DNA of 64,000 nt from Gemmatimonadota bacterium (lineage in GTDB: Bacteria > Gemmatimonadota > Gemmatimonadetes > Gemmatimonadales > Gemmatimonadaceae), in the NCBI GenBank assembly GCA_003171215.1, contig PMYN01000016.1:46970-110969 (forward strand), read 5' to 3'. The notes under the pieces were generated by a model that worked only from the letters and a program-made list of their open reading frames with translations, did no database searches and was not told the DNA's origin. Positions 54,141 to 63,268 of this stretch are shown piece by piece (positions within the stretch are counted from its first letter, which is position 1; every line of letters begins with the position of its first letter). Both the position numbers and the translations under genes were made by a program.

Positions 54141-54174
54141 TCTCCTCACATATGACTACGAGCGGAGCATCGAG

Positions 54175-54963
54175 ATGAATCCCGCACTCAATACAGCGGC
54201 CACAGGCATGGCGGCGCAGCAAACGCGCACCGACGTCATCGCGAACAATCTCGCGAACGTGAACACCACGAGCTTCAAGTCGAGCCGGCCGAACTTCGTG
54301 GACCTGCTGTACCAGACCGTGCAGGGGCAGCAGACGGTGGGAAGCGGCGACGCGAACACGACGCAGGCGATCCAGGTTGGACGCGGCACGCGGCTCGTCG
54401 GCATAGAGCGCGTGCAGTCGCAGGGCGCGCTCGCTCAGACCAGCAGCCCGACCGACATCGGCATCAACGGTGAAGGCTACTTCCAGGTTCAGCAGGCGAA
54501 CGGGCAGCTCAGCTACACCCGCGACGGATCATTCCAGATTTCGGACCAGGGCACGCTGGTGACGAGCGACGGCCTAACGGTCGTTCCCGGCATCAAGATC
54601 CCGCCGAATGCCTCGAATCTCACGATCTCCGGCAACGGCATCGTGTCGGCCACGCAGGCGGGCTCGACGACGAGCACCGAGCTCGGACGTATCGAGCTCG
54701 CACGCTTCGCGAACTCTGCCGGCCTGCTCGCCTTGGGCGGCAATCTGTATCAATCCACCGCTGCCTCGGGAGAGCCCGTCACCGGCTATCCGCAGGATGA
54801 CGGATTAGGCCAGCTCCAGCAGGGGTATCTCGAGGGGAGCAACGTGGACATCGTGCAGGAAATGGTGAACATGATCGACGCGCAGCGGGCATACGAGATC
54901 AACTCGAAGGCGATCTCAAACAGCGACACGATGATGGGCATGGCCAACAACCTGATCCGATGA
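54175..54963 (+). CDS. flgG: distal rod protein FlgG
   Basis: MNPALNTAATGMAAQQTRTDVIANNLANVNTTSFKSSR ... YLEGSNVDIVQEMVNMIDAQRAYEINSKAISNSDTMM. Confidence 0.95.
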   Translation: MNPALNTAATGMAAQQTRTDVIANNLANVNTTSFKSSRPNFVDLLYQTVQGQQTVGSGDANTTQAIQVGRGTRLVGIERVQSQGALAQTSSPTDIGINGEGYFQVQQANGQLSYTRDGSFQISDQGTLVTSDGLTVVPGIKIPPNASNLTISGNGIVSATQAGSTTSTELGRIELARFANSAGLLALGGNLYQSTAASGEPVTGYPQDDGLGQLQQGYLEGSNVDIVQEMVNMIDAQRAYEINSKAISNSDTMMGMANNLIR

Positions 54964-55391
54964 TGAAGCGCATCCGATTCATCTCGCTCGCGAGCGCCGC
55001 GCTGCTCGCCGGCGCGGCGCACAACGCGCTGGCGCAGGGCGCGCTGGCGCAGGGCGCCGTGCCCACGGCGGCCCGCGACATCGCGCGCGGCATCGAACTC
55101 ACGGCCGCCGACGTGTCGGGCGACTCGGCGCTCGCGTCGCGCATCGGCTGGGTGTCGCGACGCATGATCCACGAAGGTGAGCCGCTCAAGACGCCCGCAG
55201 TGTCGCCCGCGCAGCTCGTGACCGCCGGGTCGGAGGTCACCGTGCGAGCGGAGTCGGGAGGCGTGGTCGTGACGCGCATCGGCACGGCGCTTTCCTCCGG
55301 TTCGTTGGGTACCCGCGTTCGCGTGCGACTCGATGCCCACCACACCATCACCGGCATCGTCGCGTCATCCGCGACGGTGAAGATCGCATGA
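54960..55391 (+). CDS. flgA: P-ring assembly chaperone FlgA (SAF domain)
   Basis: Signal peptide, then AARDIARGIELTAADV ... VSRRMIHEGEPL ... VTAGSEVTV ... GTALSSGSLGTRVRVR. The signal region contains a 15-bp duplication (ALAQG x2). Confidence 0.8.
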   Translation: MMKRIRFISLASAALLAGAAHNALAQGALAQGAVPTAARDIARGIELTAADVSGDSALASRIGWVSRRMIHEGEPLKTPAVSPAQLVTAGSEVTVRAESGGVVVTRIGTALSSGSLGTRVRVRLDAHHTITGIVASSATVKIA

Positions 55392-56035
55392 GATTGCTCC
55401 GTCCGACGAGGATGATTATCACCATCGCGCTGACGAGCGTCGCCGTGCTCCCGGCCGGCGCGCAGGCAAAGGGGAAGAACGCGCCCGCCACACCGCCCGT
55501 TCTCGATTCGCTCGCCCTGGAACCGCCCGTCCGGCAGTCCTGGACGTCGGACAACGCACGGCATCACGTGGGCGACATCATCACGATCGTCATCGACGAG
55601 AACACCACGGCGTCCGCGAACCTGACCGACAACAATACGGAATCCAGGAAGAAAGGACTCGGCCTCTCCATCCAGCCGCCCGCGCCCGCCGCCACCACTT
55701 CGGCGGCGGTGAACTTCAACAACGACGGCGACTCGCAGAAGAGCGGAGCGGTGCTTCGCCAGAATGGGTTCAGCGCGCAGATGAGCGGGCGAGTCGTGGC
55801 GATCTCGCCCGCCGGCCTGCTGAAGATCAGCGCGCACAAGCTGGTCAACGTCGACAAGAGCCAGCAGGACGTGACCCTCAGCGGTTGGATCCGCTCCGAG
55901 GACATCTCGGCCTCGACCAACGCCGTCTCCTCGTCGCACATCGCCGACGCCGAGATCAACTACATGCAAAAGGGATCGCTTGGCACGCCGCGCGCGGGAA
56001 TCATTTCCAGGATTCTCGGGGCGCTGTGGCCGTGA
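55388..56035 (+). CDS. flgH: L-ring protein FlgH (no lipobox cysteine visible)
   Basis: VGDIITIVIDENTTASANLTDNNTES ... LLKISAHKLVNVDKSQQDVTLSGWIRSEDI ... ADAEINY. The signal peptide ends AVLPAGAQA and contains no Cys. Confidence 0.9.
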   Translation: MRLLRPTRMIITIALTSVAVLPAGAQAKGKNAPATPPVLDSLALEPPVRQSWTSDNARHHVGDIITIVIDENTTASANLTDNNTESRKKGLGLSIQPPAPAATTSAAVNFNNDGDSQKSGAVLRQNGFSAQMSGRVVAISPAGLLKISAHKLVNVDKSQQDVTLSGWIRSEDISASTNAVSSSHIADAEINYMQKGSLGTPRAGIISRILGALWP

Positions 56036-57087
56036 TCATCCCCGGCGCGCGTGTTCGCGCACTGAGCGTCGCGATCGCGGCACTCGTTGCGTCGCACGCC
56101 GCGCCCGCACAAGACGTGCGCGTTCGCGACCTCGTGCTCGCCGACGTCGCGCCGCCCGTGCGGCTGATGGGATATGGACTGGTGACCGGCCTGAACGGCA
56201 CCGGCGACCGCGTCTCCGGCACGTCCGGATCTGGCCAAACCGTGCAGTCGATCGTGAACCTGCTCAGCCGCTTCAATATCGCCATTCCCCCGACCCTGCT
56301 CCGCACGCGCAACGTCGCGGCGGTCCTGGTGACGTCCGAAGTCTCGACGTATCTCCGTCCCGGCGGTCGATTCGAAGTCGCGGTCTCGTCGCTCGGCGAC
56401 GCGCAGTCGCTTCGCGGCGGCGTGCTCTGGATGACTCCCCTCGTTGCCGATGCGGGCGGGAAGCCGCTCGCGGGAGCGCAGGGGCCGGTCATTATCAGCT
56501 CCGGCGCCACGAACACGAGAATGTTCAGTTCCGTCATCGGAACGACCGGCACAATTCCGAACGGCGGCGTGCTCGAGGCTGACCTCCCACGCCCGAAGGC
56601 CGCGGCGTCCACCATGTTGCTGCTGCGGGAGCCCGACATCTCCACGGCGTCGCGCATTGCGGCGGCCGTCGATTCCGCGCTGGGCGGAAAGGGACTCGCG
56701 CTGGTGCAGGATCCAGGCGCGGTGCGACTCGCGTTGAAGGACACGAGCGCCGGTCTCGCCTTCGCTCTCGCCGCGATCCGCGACATCAAGGTGCGTCCTG
56801 TGCGAACGGCCCGCATCATCGTGGACAGTCGCGACGGCACGATCGTCGCCGGCGGCGACCTCGTGGTGGGCGAGGCGGTCGTGAGCCATGGCGGCATCAC
56901 GATCAGTATCGGCGCGAAGGCGGATTCAACCACGGTACCGGGCGACATTCGCGCCACCGCGGGCGCGACGGTCCAGACCATCGGCGCCGCGCTCCAGGCG
57001 GCACAGGCGTCTGCGAGCGACATCGCGGCGATCTTCGAGGCGCTGCGCAGCGTCGGTGCGATCTCGGCCGAGGTCGTGGTCAGGTGA
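56032..57087 (+). CDS. flgI: P-ring protein FlgI
   Basis: RVRDLVLADVAPPVRLMGYGLVTGLNGTGDR ... VTSEVSTYLRPGGRFEVAVSSLGDAQSLRGGVLWMTPL. The GTG start overlaps the flgH stop. Confidence 0.92.
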   Translation: MIIPGARVRALSVAIAALVASHAAPAQDVRVRDLVLADVAPPVRLMGYGLVTGLNGTGDRVSGTSGSGQTVQSIVNLLSRFNIAIPPTLLRTRNVAAVLVTSEVSTYLRPGGRFEVAVSSLGDAQSLRGGVLWMTPLVADAGGKPLAGAQGPVIISSGATNTRMFSSVIGTTGTIPNGGVLEADLPRPKAAASTMLLLREPDISTASRIAAAVDSALGGKGLALVQDPGAVRLALKDTSAGLAFALAAIRDIKVRPVRTARIIVDSRDGTIVAGGDLVVGEAVVSHGGITISIGAKADSTTVPGDIRATAGATVQTIGAALQAAQASASDIAAIFEALRSVGAISAEVVVR

Positions 57088-57431
57088 CCGCGCCGGTGCC
57101 GGCGGGCGCAGCGCAGGCGCCAGCCGATCCGCGGACGGCGCGCACCGAGCAGCTGCAGCGGACCGCCAGACAGCTCGAGGGCGTGTTCGTCCTCCAGATG
57201 CTGAAGGCCATGCGCGCCACCGTTCCGAAGGGCGGCGTCTCCGACGCAAACAGCGGCGAGGAGACCTTCACGGCGATGCTCGACGAAAAAGTCGCGGACA
57301 AGGTTCCCGCGCAGTGGCAGCACGGCTTGACCGATGCACTCATGAAGCAGCTCATGGGGCGGGACGCGACGTTCCACGCCTCGGGCACACCAACGACTTC
57401 CATCCCGCCAGCTCCGGAGCAACCCCAATGA
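57084..57431 (+). CDS. flgJ: single-domain FlgJ (rod-binding domain only, no glycosidase domain)
   Basis: 115 aa. LQRTARQLEGVFVLQMLKAMRATVPKGGV...GEETFTAMLDEKVADKV fits the Rod-binding (FlgJ N-terminal) pattern. The ORF ends without any muramidase-like sequence. Confidence 0.75.
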   Translation: MTAPVPAGAAQAPADPRTARTEQLQRTARQLEGVFVLQMLKAMRATVPKGGVSDANSGEETFTAMLDEKVADKVPAQWQHGLTDALMKQLMGRDATFHASGTPTTSIPPAPEQPQ

Positions 57432-57967
57432 GCGCTACGCCGCTCGCCACGATCGCGGCCTCGGGGCCGTTGGCGCAATCCCCTTCCTCGGTCGCGGCAC
57501 TCGCAGAAACGCTCCGTGCCGAAGCGCGCCTGCTCGAAGATCTGGTGTCGATCATGAACCGCCAACGCGACGCCGTCTCGCATGACGACATCGACGCGCT
57601 CGACGACACCGTGTTCTCGACACACCGCGTGCTCGTCACGCTCGGCGAGGCGCGCCGCCGCCGCCGTACGCTGACGGCGCTGCTCGGGGGCAGCGACGAC
57701 CTGAGCCTGACGGCGCTCGACGTACTGTTCGAGGCTAAGGTACCGCTCGAGATTCGCTCGGCCGCGGGCCGCCTGACCGAGACGGCGAAGCTCCTGCAGC
57801 GCGAGGTCGAGATCAATCGCCGCGTCCTCCGCGTCGCGATCGAAGCCGGCGACCGACTCGTACGCGTGCTCATGGGCGCCCCGCTGACGACGTCGATCAG
57901 CTACGCTCCCGCGCCGAACACGCGCACCGGATCTCCCGGCGGAGCCATCCTCGACCGGAGAATCTGA
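57428..57967 (+). CDS. flgN: FlgN-like export chaperone for hook-associated proteins
   Basis: 179-aa helical protein immediately before flgK. LAETLRAEARLLEDLVSIMNRQRDAVSHDDIDALDDTV ... fits the FlgN pattern. ATGA overlap with flgJ. Confidence 0.65.
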   Translation: MSATPLATIAASGPLAQSPSSVAALAETLRAEARLLEDLVSIMNRQRDAVSHDDIDALDDTVFSTHRVLVTLGEARRRRRTLTALLGGSDDLSLTALDVLFEAKVPLEIRSAAGRLTETAKLLQREVEINRRVLRVAIEAGDRLVRVLMGAPLTTSISYAPAPNTRTGSPGGAILDRRI

Positions 57968-59349
57968 TGTCCTCGCTCTCCGCCCTTTCGAATATCGGGC
58001 AGTCCGCGCTGATGGCGCAGGAAGCCGCGATGCAGGTCACGGGGCAGAACATCGCAAACGCGCAGACACCCGGCTACTCGCGCCAGACCATCGCCCTGCA
58101 GGCGAGCACGCCGGAGAACACACCGAACGGAGTGTTCGGCACGGGCGTCTCCATCACCGCCATCTCGCGCGACCGCGATGCCCTGCTCGACCAGCAGTAT
58201 CGCACGCAGTCGGCACCGGCATCCGGGTTCCAGGAGCGCAGCACGCTACTCGGGCAGATCCAGGACGTCTACGGCGAGCCGTCGACCACGGGGCTCGCGA
58301 ACACGATGGACAATTTCTTCAACTCATGGAGCGAGCTCGCCTCGAATCCGGCGGACGCGAGCGCGAAGGCCGTCGTGCAGCAGGCCGGCGCGCAGCTCGC
58401 GTCGACATTCAACACCTACGTGACCCAGCTCTCGAACATCGCGGCGAACACGCGGACCGGCATCTCGAACTCGATCGCGCAGGTGAACACCGTCGCGTCG
58501 CAGATCGCGGCCGTGAATCAGCAGATCGTGGCTGCGAGTTCGTCCGGCGCGTCACCGAACGACCTGATGGACCAGCGTGACACCATGCTCGACCAGCTCT
58601 CGCAGTTGGTGCCGATCAGCGTCTCGTCCAACAAGGACGGCAGCGACCAGGTGAACATCGGCGGAATCCAGATCGTCAACGGGACGGCGACGCAATCGCT
58701 CGCTCTCAGCGCCTCGCTGACCATCACGACATCCACCGGCGACGCGCTCCGGTCGCTCGGCGGCCAGATCGGCGCCATGCTCGCAGTGTTGAACACCGAC
58801 CTGCCGGCCGCTCAGAGCGGGCTCGACACGCTCGCGGCGTCGATCGTCTCGACCGTGAACGCGGAGTACGCGAACGGAGCGCCGGCAGGAGCGCCGATCG
58901 AGTTCTTCGCCGGCACGAGCCCGAAAGGCACGAGCCCGACCGCGCAGAGCATGTGCCTTTCGGGCACGGTCGCCGCCGACTCGTCCGCGATCGTGACTTC
59001 ACGCAACGGGAGCGGGGCCGGCGACAACACCGTCGCGCTCGCGATCGCGGCGCTCCAGACCTCCTCGACCGCCGTGGCCGGTCCCCCGTCCAACTCGTTC
59101 AGCGGCGCGTACAGTTCGCTCGTCACGACGGTCGCCAACGCCAAGAACGCGTCCGACAGTTCGACCACGGTCTATCAGGCCCTGCAGCAGCAGGCCGACA
59201 CCCAGCGACAGTCGGTGAGCGGCGTCAACACGGACGAGGAGTTGACGCAGATGATCCAGCTGCAGCAGTCGTACGTCGCCGCGTCGAAGCTCATCCAGAC
59301 CATCCAAGCGATGTCGACGGCGCTGCTGTCGATCGCGCCGGCCAGCTGA
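57967..59349 (+). CDS. flgK: hook-filament junction protein FlgK (HAP1)
   Basis: LSNIGQSALMAQEAAMQVTGQNIANAQTPGYSRQ ... VSGVNTDEELTQMIQLQQSYVAASKLIQTIQAM. Confidence 0.92.
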   Translation: MSSLSALSNIGQSALMAQEAAMQVTGQNIANAQTPGYSRQTIALQASTPENTPNGVFGTGVSITAISRDRDALLDQQYRTQSAPASGFQERSTLLGQIQDVYGEPSTTGLANTMDNFFNSWSELASNPADASAKAVVQQAGAQLASTFNTYVTQLSNIAANTRTGISNSIAQVNTVASQIAAVNQQIVAASSSGASPNDLMDQRDTMLDQLSQLVPISVSSNKDGSDQVNIGGIQIVNGTATQSLALSASLTITTSTGDALRSLGGQIGAMLAVLNTDLPAAQSGLDTLAASIVSTVNAEYANGAPAGAPIEFFAGTSPKGTSPTAQSMCLSGTVAADSSAIVTSRNGSGAGDNTVALAIAALQTSSTAVAGPPSNSFSGAYSSLVTTVANAKNASDSSTTVYQALQQQADTQRQSVSGVNTDEELTQMIQLQQSYVAASKLIQTIQAMSTALLSIAPAS

Positions 59350-59362
59350 TCGCGCTCACCCG

Positions 59363-59572
59363 ATGCTCATCCTGAGCCGGAAGGCGGGCGATTCCGTGCT
59401 GATCGACGGCGGCGTGCGCATCGTCGTGCTGGGCATCGAGGGATCCTCGGTGCGGTTGGGAATCGACGCGCCGACCGACGTGCGCGTGCTGCGCGGCGAG
59501 ATCCTGAAGCAAGTCGAGCGCGAGAACGAACGCGCTCGCGTCAGCCTCGATTCTCGCGCTGCCGAAGTCTGA
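59363..59572 (+). CDS. csrA: carbon storage regulator CsrA (flagellar, FliW-partnered type)
   Basis: MLILSRKAGDSVLIDGGVRIVVLGIEGSSVRLGIDAPTDVRVLRGEI is the canonical CsrA core. It is followed by a short C-terminal extension. Confidence 0.95.
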   Translation: MLILSRKAGDSVLIDGGVRIVVLGIEGSSVRLGIDAPTDVRVLRGEILKQVERENERARVSLDSRAAEV

Positions 59573-60209
59573 CCAGCGTACCGATCGACATCGTCACGCC
59601 ACCGCGAGTCACGTCGACCGTTCCCTCCACATCCCGGATGAGATAGCGCAGCGCCGAAAGTTCGGGTGGATCGCCGCGTGCGTCGTGACGATCCGCATCG
59701 GCGGCCTGCGTGAAAATGCGCACGGCATTCGTGTCCGCACCGAAATCCATCAGAATCGTTCCCCGGTCACCCGGCGTCACCGACTGCTGCCTCGCGGCCA
59801 CACACAGCAGGAGGAGGACCGCCTGCGTGAGCGCGGTGGGTTCGATCAGGACCGGCGGAATCGTGGCGTCGGCATTCACGCGAACATCCAGGTCGCGAAA
59901 TGTCGTATGGCGCCTGAAGAGCGCGACGGCGTCGGCGACGACGTCCATCACCAGAATGGCTTCAGCCGGCTCGTTGGCGTCGAACACCATCAACCGGTAC
60001 AGCCGGAGAAGGTGGAGCAGGCCTTCGGAGTCGACCGTGTCCTCCGCCGGCTTTTGCAGTTCCGGCGCGCGGGCGGCGAGCAGTGCGGAGAGCGGCGGCG
60101 CGAGGCTGGCGAACGAGAGGAGATTGCTGAACTCGTGGTTCAGCCCGCGAAGCACCGCGTTGGATGTTCCGAGCCATGACTGCGTCGCCGAAGACTTCGA
60201 TTGGGTCAT
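59541..60209 (-). CDS. orphan soluble histidine-kinase-like protein with H-box but degenerate ATP-binding boxes
   Basis: H-box LRGLNHEFSNLLS. A kinase-like layout follows (VMDVVADAVALFRR...DLDVRVNAD...IEPTALTQAVLLLL) but without N-box (N..NA.DA) or G-box (D.G.G) residues. The 3' end overlaps csrA by 32 nt. Confidence 0.45.
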   Translation of the reverse strand: MTQSKSSATQSWLGTSNAVLRGLNHEFSNLLSFASLAPPLSALLAARAPELQKPAEDTVDSEGLLHLLRLYRLMVFDANEPAEAILVMDVVADAVALFRRHTTFRDLDVRVNADATIPPVLIEPTALTQAVLLLLCVAARQQSVTPGDRGTILMDFGADTNAVRIFTQAADADRHDARGDPPELSALRYLIRDVEGTVDVTRGGVTMSIGTLVRLRQRENRG

Positions 60210-60237
60210 TTCATCCGCTGGAACCGATGTCCACGAC

Positions 60238-60264
60238 TAGAGTTTCGACGGTTTCATCCGATAC
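60238..60264 (+). promoter_or_regulatory. sigma-28 promoter of motAB
   Basis: TAGAGTTT-N11-TCCGATAC. The -10 is identical to that of fliC, and the -35 matches the consensus at 7 of 8 positions. Confidence 0.6.
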
Positions 60265-60282
60265 TCAGGGAGTCACACGTGA

Positions 60283-61170
60283 TTGCACAACCACTCTCGC
60301 TTCGGACGCGGCGTGTTCCTCATTGTCGGCCTGGTCGTCGTTTTCGGGAGCATCGTGGGCGGCTACGTCATGCATCATGGTCAGCTCGCGGTACTCATCC
60401 AGGTCAACGAATTGTTGATCATCGGAGGGGCCGGCCTGGGATCGATGATCATCGGCAACGATCCCGGTACGCTGAAGCGCGCGCTGTCCATGACGCTGGG
60501 GCTGCTGAAACCGGATCCGTTCAAGGCGAGCGCCTACAACGAACTGCTTCAGGTATTGTACCAGATTCTCCGGACCGCCCGCAAGGACGGCTTGGTGGGG
60601 CTCGAGGCGCACATCGAGAACCCCGAATCGAGCGAGATTTTCAGGAAGTATCCGAATTTCATGCATCACAAGCAGGCCGTTGCCCTGCTCTGTGACACCT
60701 TGAAAGTCCTGCTCAGCGGCACGGTGGAGGACCACCACCTTGCCGATATTCTCGATATGGACCTCGAGCAGCAGCACAATGAGTCGACGGCCGTGGCCGC
60801 GGCGATCACCAAAACCGCAGACGCCATGCCGGGTTTCGGAATCGTCGCCGCCGTGCTCGGCGTCATCATCACGATGGGGTCGATCGGCGGTGCGGCGAGC
60901 GAGATCGGCGAGAAGGTCGCCGCGGCCTTGGTGGGAACGTTCCTCGGCATTCTGCTTTCGTACGGCGTGCTCGGGCCCATCGCGCAGTCGATCGAGGCGC
61001 GAATCGCGTCCGAGCACGCGTACATGCTGTGCATCCGCACCGCGATTCTGGCCTTCGCTCGCGGAGACTCGCCGACGTCAGCCGTGGAGTTTGCCCGACG
61101 CAATATCGAGCCGGCCGCCCGTCCCTCTTTCGCACAACTCGAAAGCCTGACGCGCGGGGCCACCACGTAG
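60283..61170 (+). CDS. motA: stator protein MotA (the homology-preferred start may be GTG 60313)
   Basis: VFLIVGLVVVFGSIVGGYVMHHGQLAVLIQVNELLIIGGAGLGSMIIG aligns with the E. coli MotA N-terminus. C-terminal part LVGTFLGILLSYGVLGPIA. Confidence 0.92.
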   Translation: MHNHSRFGRGVFLIVGLVVVFGSIVGGYVMHHGQLAVLIQVNELLIIGGAGLGSMIIGNDPGTLKRALSMTLGLLKPDPFKASAYNELLQVLYQILRTARKDGLVGLEAHIENPESSEIFRKYPNFMHHKQAVALLCDTLKVLLSGTVEDHHLADILDMDLEQQHNESTAVAAAITKTADAMPGFGIVAAVLGVIITMGSIGGAASEIGEKVAAALVGTFLGILLSYGVLGPIAQSIEARIASEHAYMLCIRTAILAFARGDSPTSAVEFARRNIEPAARPSFAQLESLTRGATT

Positions 61171-61171
61171 C

Positions 61172-61990
61172 ATGTCGAAGTCCGCGGGCGAACGGCCGAT
61201 CATCATCAAGAAGATCAGGAAGGGCGGTCACGCGCATCATGGCGGCTCCTGGAAGGTCGCGTACGCCGACTTCGTGACCGCCATGATGGCCTTCTTTATG
61301 GTGCTCTGGATCGTCGGCATGGACGAGCAGACGCGCAAGTCGATTGAGGGCTACTTCTCCAATCCCGCGGGATACAAGAAGGGGTACGGGTCCGGCAGCA
61401 GCCCGATCTCGAGCGGCAATTCGCCGGCGCGCATCGCAACGAACCAGCTCAAGATGATCATCCACACCGCCGAACAGAAATCGTTCAGCGACGCGGCGGA
61501 CCGCATCAAGACGCGGCTCGACTCCGCGAAAGGCGCACTCGGCAGCGCGCGTTTCGAGGTCGCGGTCGGCGAGGACGGCCTGCGCATCGAGTTGCTGGAA
61601 AGCGGCAAGGGAGACACGTTCTTCGAGCGCGGATCGGCTGCGATGCAGCCCGCTGCCCGGCTCGGCTTGACGCTCATCGCGCAGGAGCTGGTCGCCCTCC
61701 GGAATCGCGTGGTGGTCGAGGGACACACCGACGCCGCGACCTACGGCGTCAATGCGGCCTACACGAACTGGGAGCTCTCGTCGGATCGCGCCAATGCGGC
61801 GCGCCGCGTGCTCGAGAGCGCGGGAATCCCTTCGGCGCGCGTCAGCGAAGTTCGGGGATATGCCGATACGAAGCCTCGCGTTCCGGAAAACTCCATGGCA
61901 CCGGAGAACCGCCGGATTTCCGTGCTCCTTCCGTTCAGCCAGCTTCGCACCGGCACCGACAGCGGTGCAACGCACGGCGGAACGAACTGA
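61172..61990 (+). CDS. motB: stator protein MotB (OmpA-like peptidoglycan-binding C-terminus)
   Basis: HGGSWKVAYADFVTAMMAFFMVLWIV (plug/TM with the conserved Asp). OmpA-like VVVEGHTDA...NWELSSDRANAARRVL...ADTKP. Confidence 0.92.
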   Translation: MSKSAGERPIIIKKIRKGGHAHHGGSWKVAYADFVTAMMAFFMVLWIVGMDEQTRKSIEGYFSNPAGYKKGYGSGSSPISSGNSPARIATNQLKMIIHTAEQKSFSDAADRIKTRLDSAKGALGSARFEVAVGEDGLRIELLESGKGDTFFERGSAAMQPAARLGLTLIAQELVALRNRVVVEGHTDAATYGVNAAYTNWELSSDRANAARRVLESAGIPSARVSEVRGYADTKPRVPENSMAPENRRISVLLPFSQLRTGTDSGATHGGTN

Positions 61991-61997
61991 GGATCGG

Positions 61998-63218
61998 TCA
62001 GGCGAGCTGGAGGATGTTGCGTGCCCAGGCGGATGCTTCGGATGACCACTCCGGCATCTGGTTGAGAACCCCCATGCGGCTGCCGAGCTCAATCGCCTGC
62101 TCCCAGTCGCCGCACGCGTAGCTGCTCGCCAGGGTGAGGTATGGCGTATACGGACCTTCCTCGCGAAGAAGCGCCGCCTCCACCTCGGGTGCGACGCGCA
62201 CCTTCTTGAGCAGGTCGCCCATCGAGAGGCCGAGAATCGCGTCGAAACGGGAGAGGAGCCCCGTCATGAACAGCGAAGCGGAAACGGCGGCGCGGCCGCT
62301 GCGCTGCGCGATCATTTCGCAAAGGCGGGCGCGCTCGATCGCGGAGAGAACGAGTTCGGCCTCGACGCCGGTCCGACGCGGCGTGGAGCTTGCGAACATC
62401 AGGGCGAGCCAGCGGTGCAACGCCGTGCGCCCCACGAGCCGGATGGCCTGCTGGATCGACTCGATGCCGCTGCCACCGGCGGCAGCCGAGTTCACGATGC
62501 GGAGCAACTTGTAGCTCAATCCCGGATCGGCGCGGAATTCGTGCTCGAGCTCGCGGTCGTGCGTGTTGCTGTCGACGAGCCGGTTCATCAGGCGCGCGAT
62601 GCCTAGCGCTTCAATCGGCAGGTCCTTGCGCTGGACGATCTCGGGCTTGCTGAAGTAGTTACCCTGGTAGAGCGAGAAGCCGAGTTCGCGGCAGAGGATG
62701 TACTTCGTCGCGCTGTCCACCTTCTCCGCGAGCAGCTGCACCTTCATCGGGGCCAGCCGCTTCACCAGCGCGCGAAGTTGCTCCGTCGGCGTCGCCAGCA
62801 CGTCGATCTTGACGACGTTTGCGAGTTCGAGAAACGGCGCGTACTCGTCTCCCGAGGCGAAGTCGTCGAGCGCGAGCAAGAAGCCCTTCTTCTTGAGCGC
62901 GACGCACGCGGCGATCGTTTCTTCGTCGCACGCCACCGTCTCGAGCATCTCGATGGTGAAGCACGTCGGGTCCAGGAGATCGAAGTCGTGCTCGAGCAGC
63001 AGTTCGCGCGGAAAGTTGACCCAGGCGCGCACGCCGTTGGTCGTGTGTTCCATCCCGATCGCGAGCACCGTGTTGACGAGTGTCACGCTCGTCATCTTGA
63101 GGTCGTCTGTCGGTCCCGCCGCCGCCGCATGCAGCGAAGGCCGGTATAGCAACTCGTATCCGACCAGGTCGTGCTGGCGGTCGAAAATCGGCTGGCGGGC
63201 GACGAATGCGTCTGACAT
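61998..63218 (-). CDS. EAL-like plus HDOD domain signalling protein (YuxH/COG3434 type)
   Basis: FVARQPIFDRQHDLVGYELLYR ... FLLALDDF ... VKIDV ... LLAEKVDS ... YQGNYFSKP is the EAL-fold layout. The HDOD-like part follows: SYKLLRIVNSAAAGGSGIESIQQAIRLVG. Confidence 0.8.
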   Translation of the reverse strand: MSDAFVARQPIFDRQHDLVGYELLYRPSLHAAAAGPTDDLKMTSVTLVNTVLAIGMEHTTNGVRAWVNFPRELLLEHDFDLLDPTCFTIEMLETVACDEETIAACVALKKKGFLLALDDFASGDEYAPFLELANVVKIDVLATPTEQLRALVKRLAPMKVQLLAEKVDSATKYILCRELGFSLYQGNYFSKPEIVQRKDLPIEALGIARLMNRLVDSNTHDRELEHEFRADPGLSYKLLRIVNSAAAGGSGIESIQQAIRLVGRTALHRWLALMFASSTPRRTGVEAELVLSAIERARLCEMIAQRSGRAAVSASLFMTGLLSRFDAILGLSMGDLLKKVRVAPEVEAALLREEGPYTPYLTLASSYACGDWEQAIELGSRMGVLNQMPEWSSEASAWARNILQLA

Positions 63219-63268
63219 GGATCGGCGAGGCGAGGCGAGAAGGCACTGACCGGCGAATGCACCACTGT

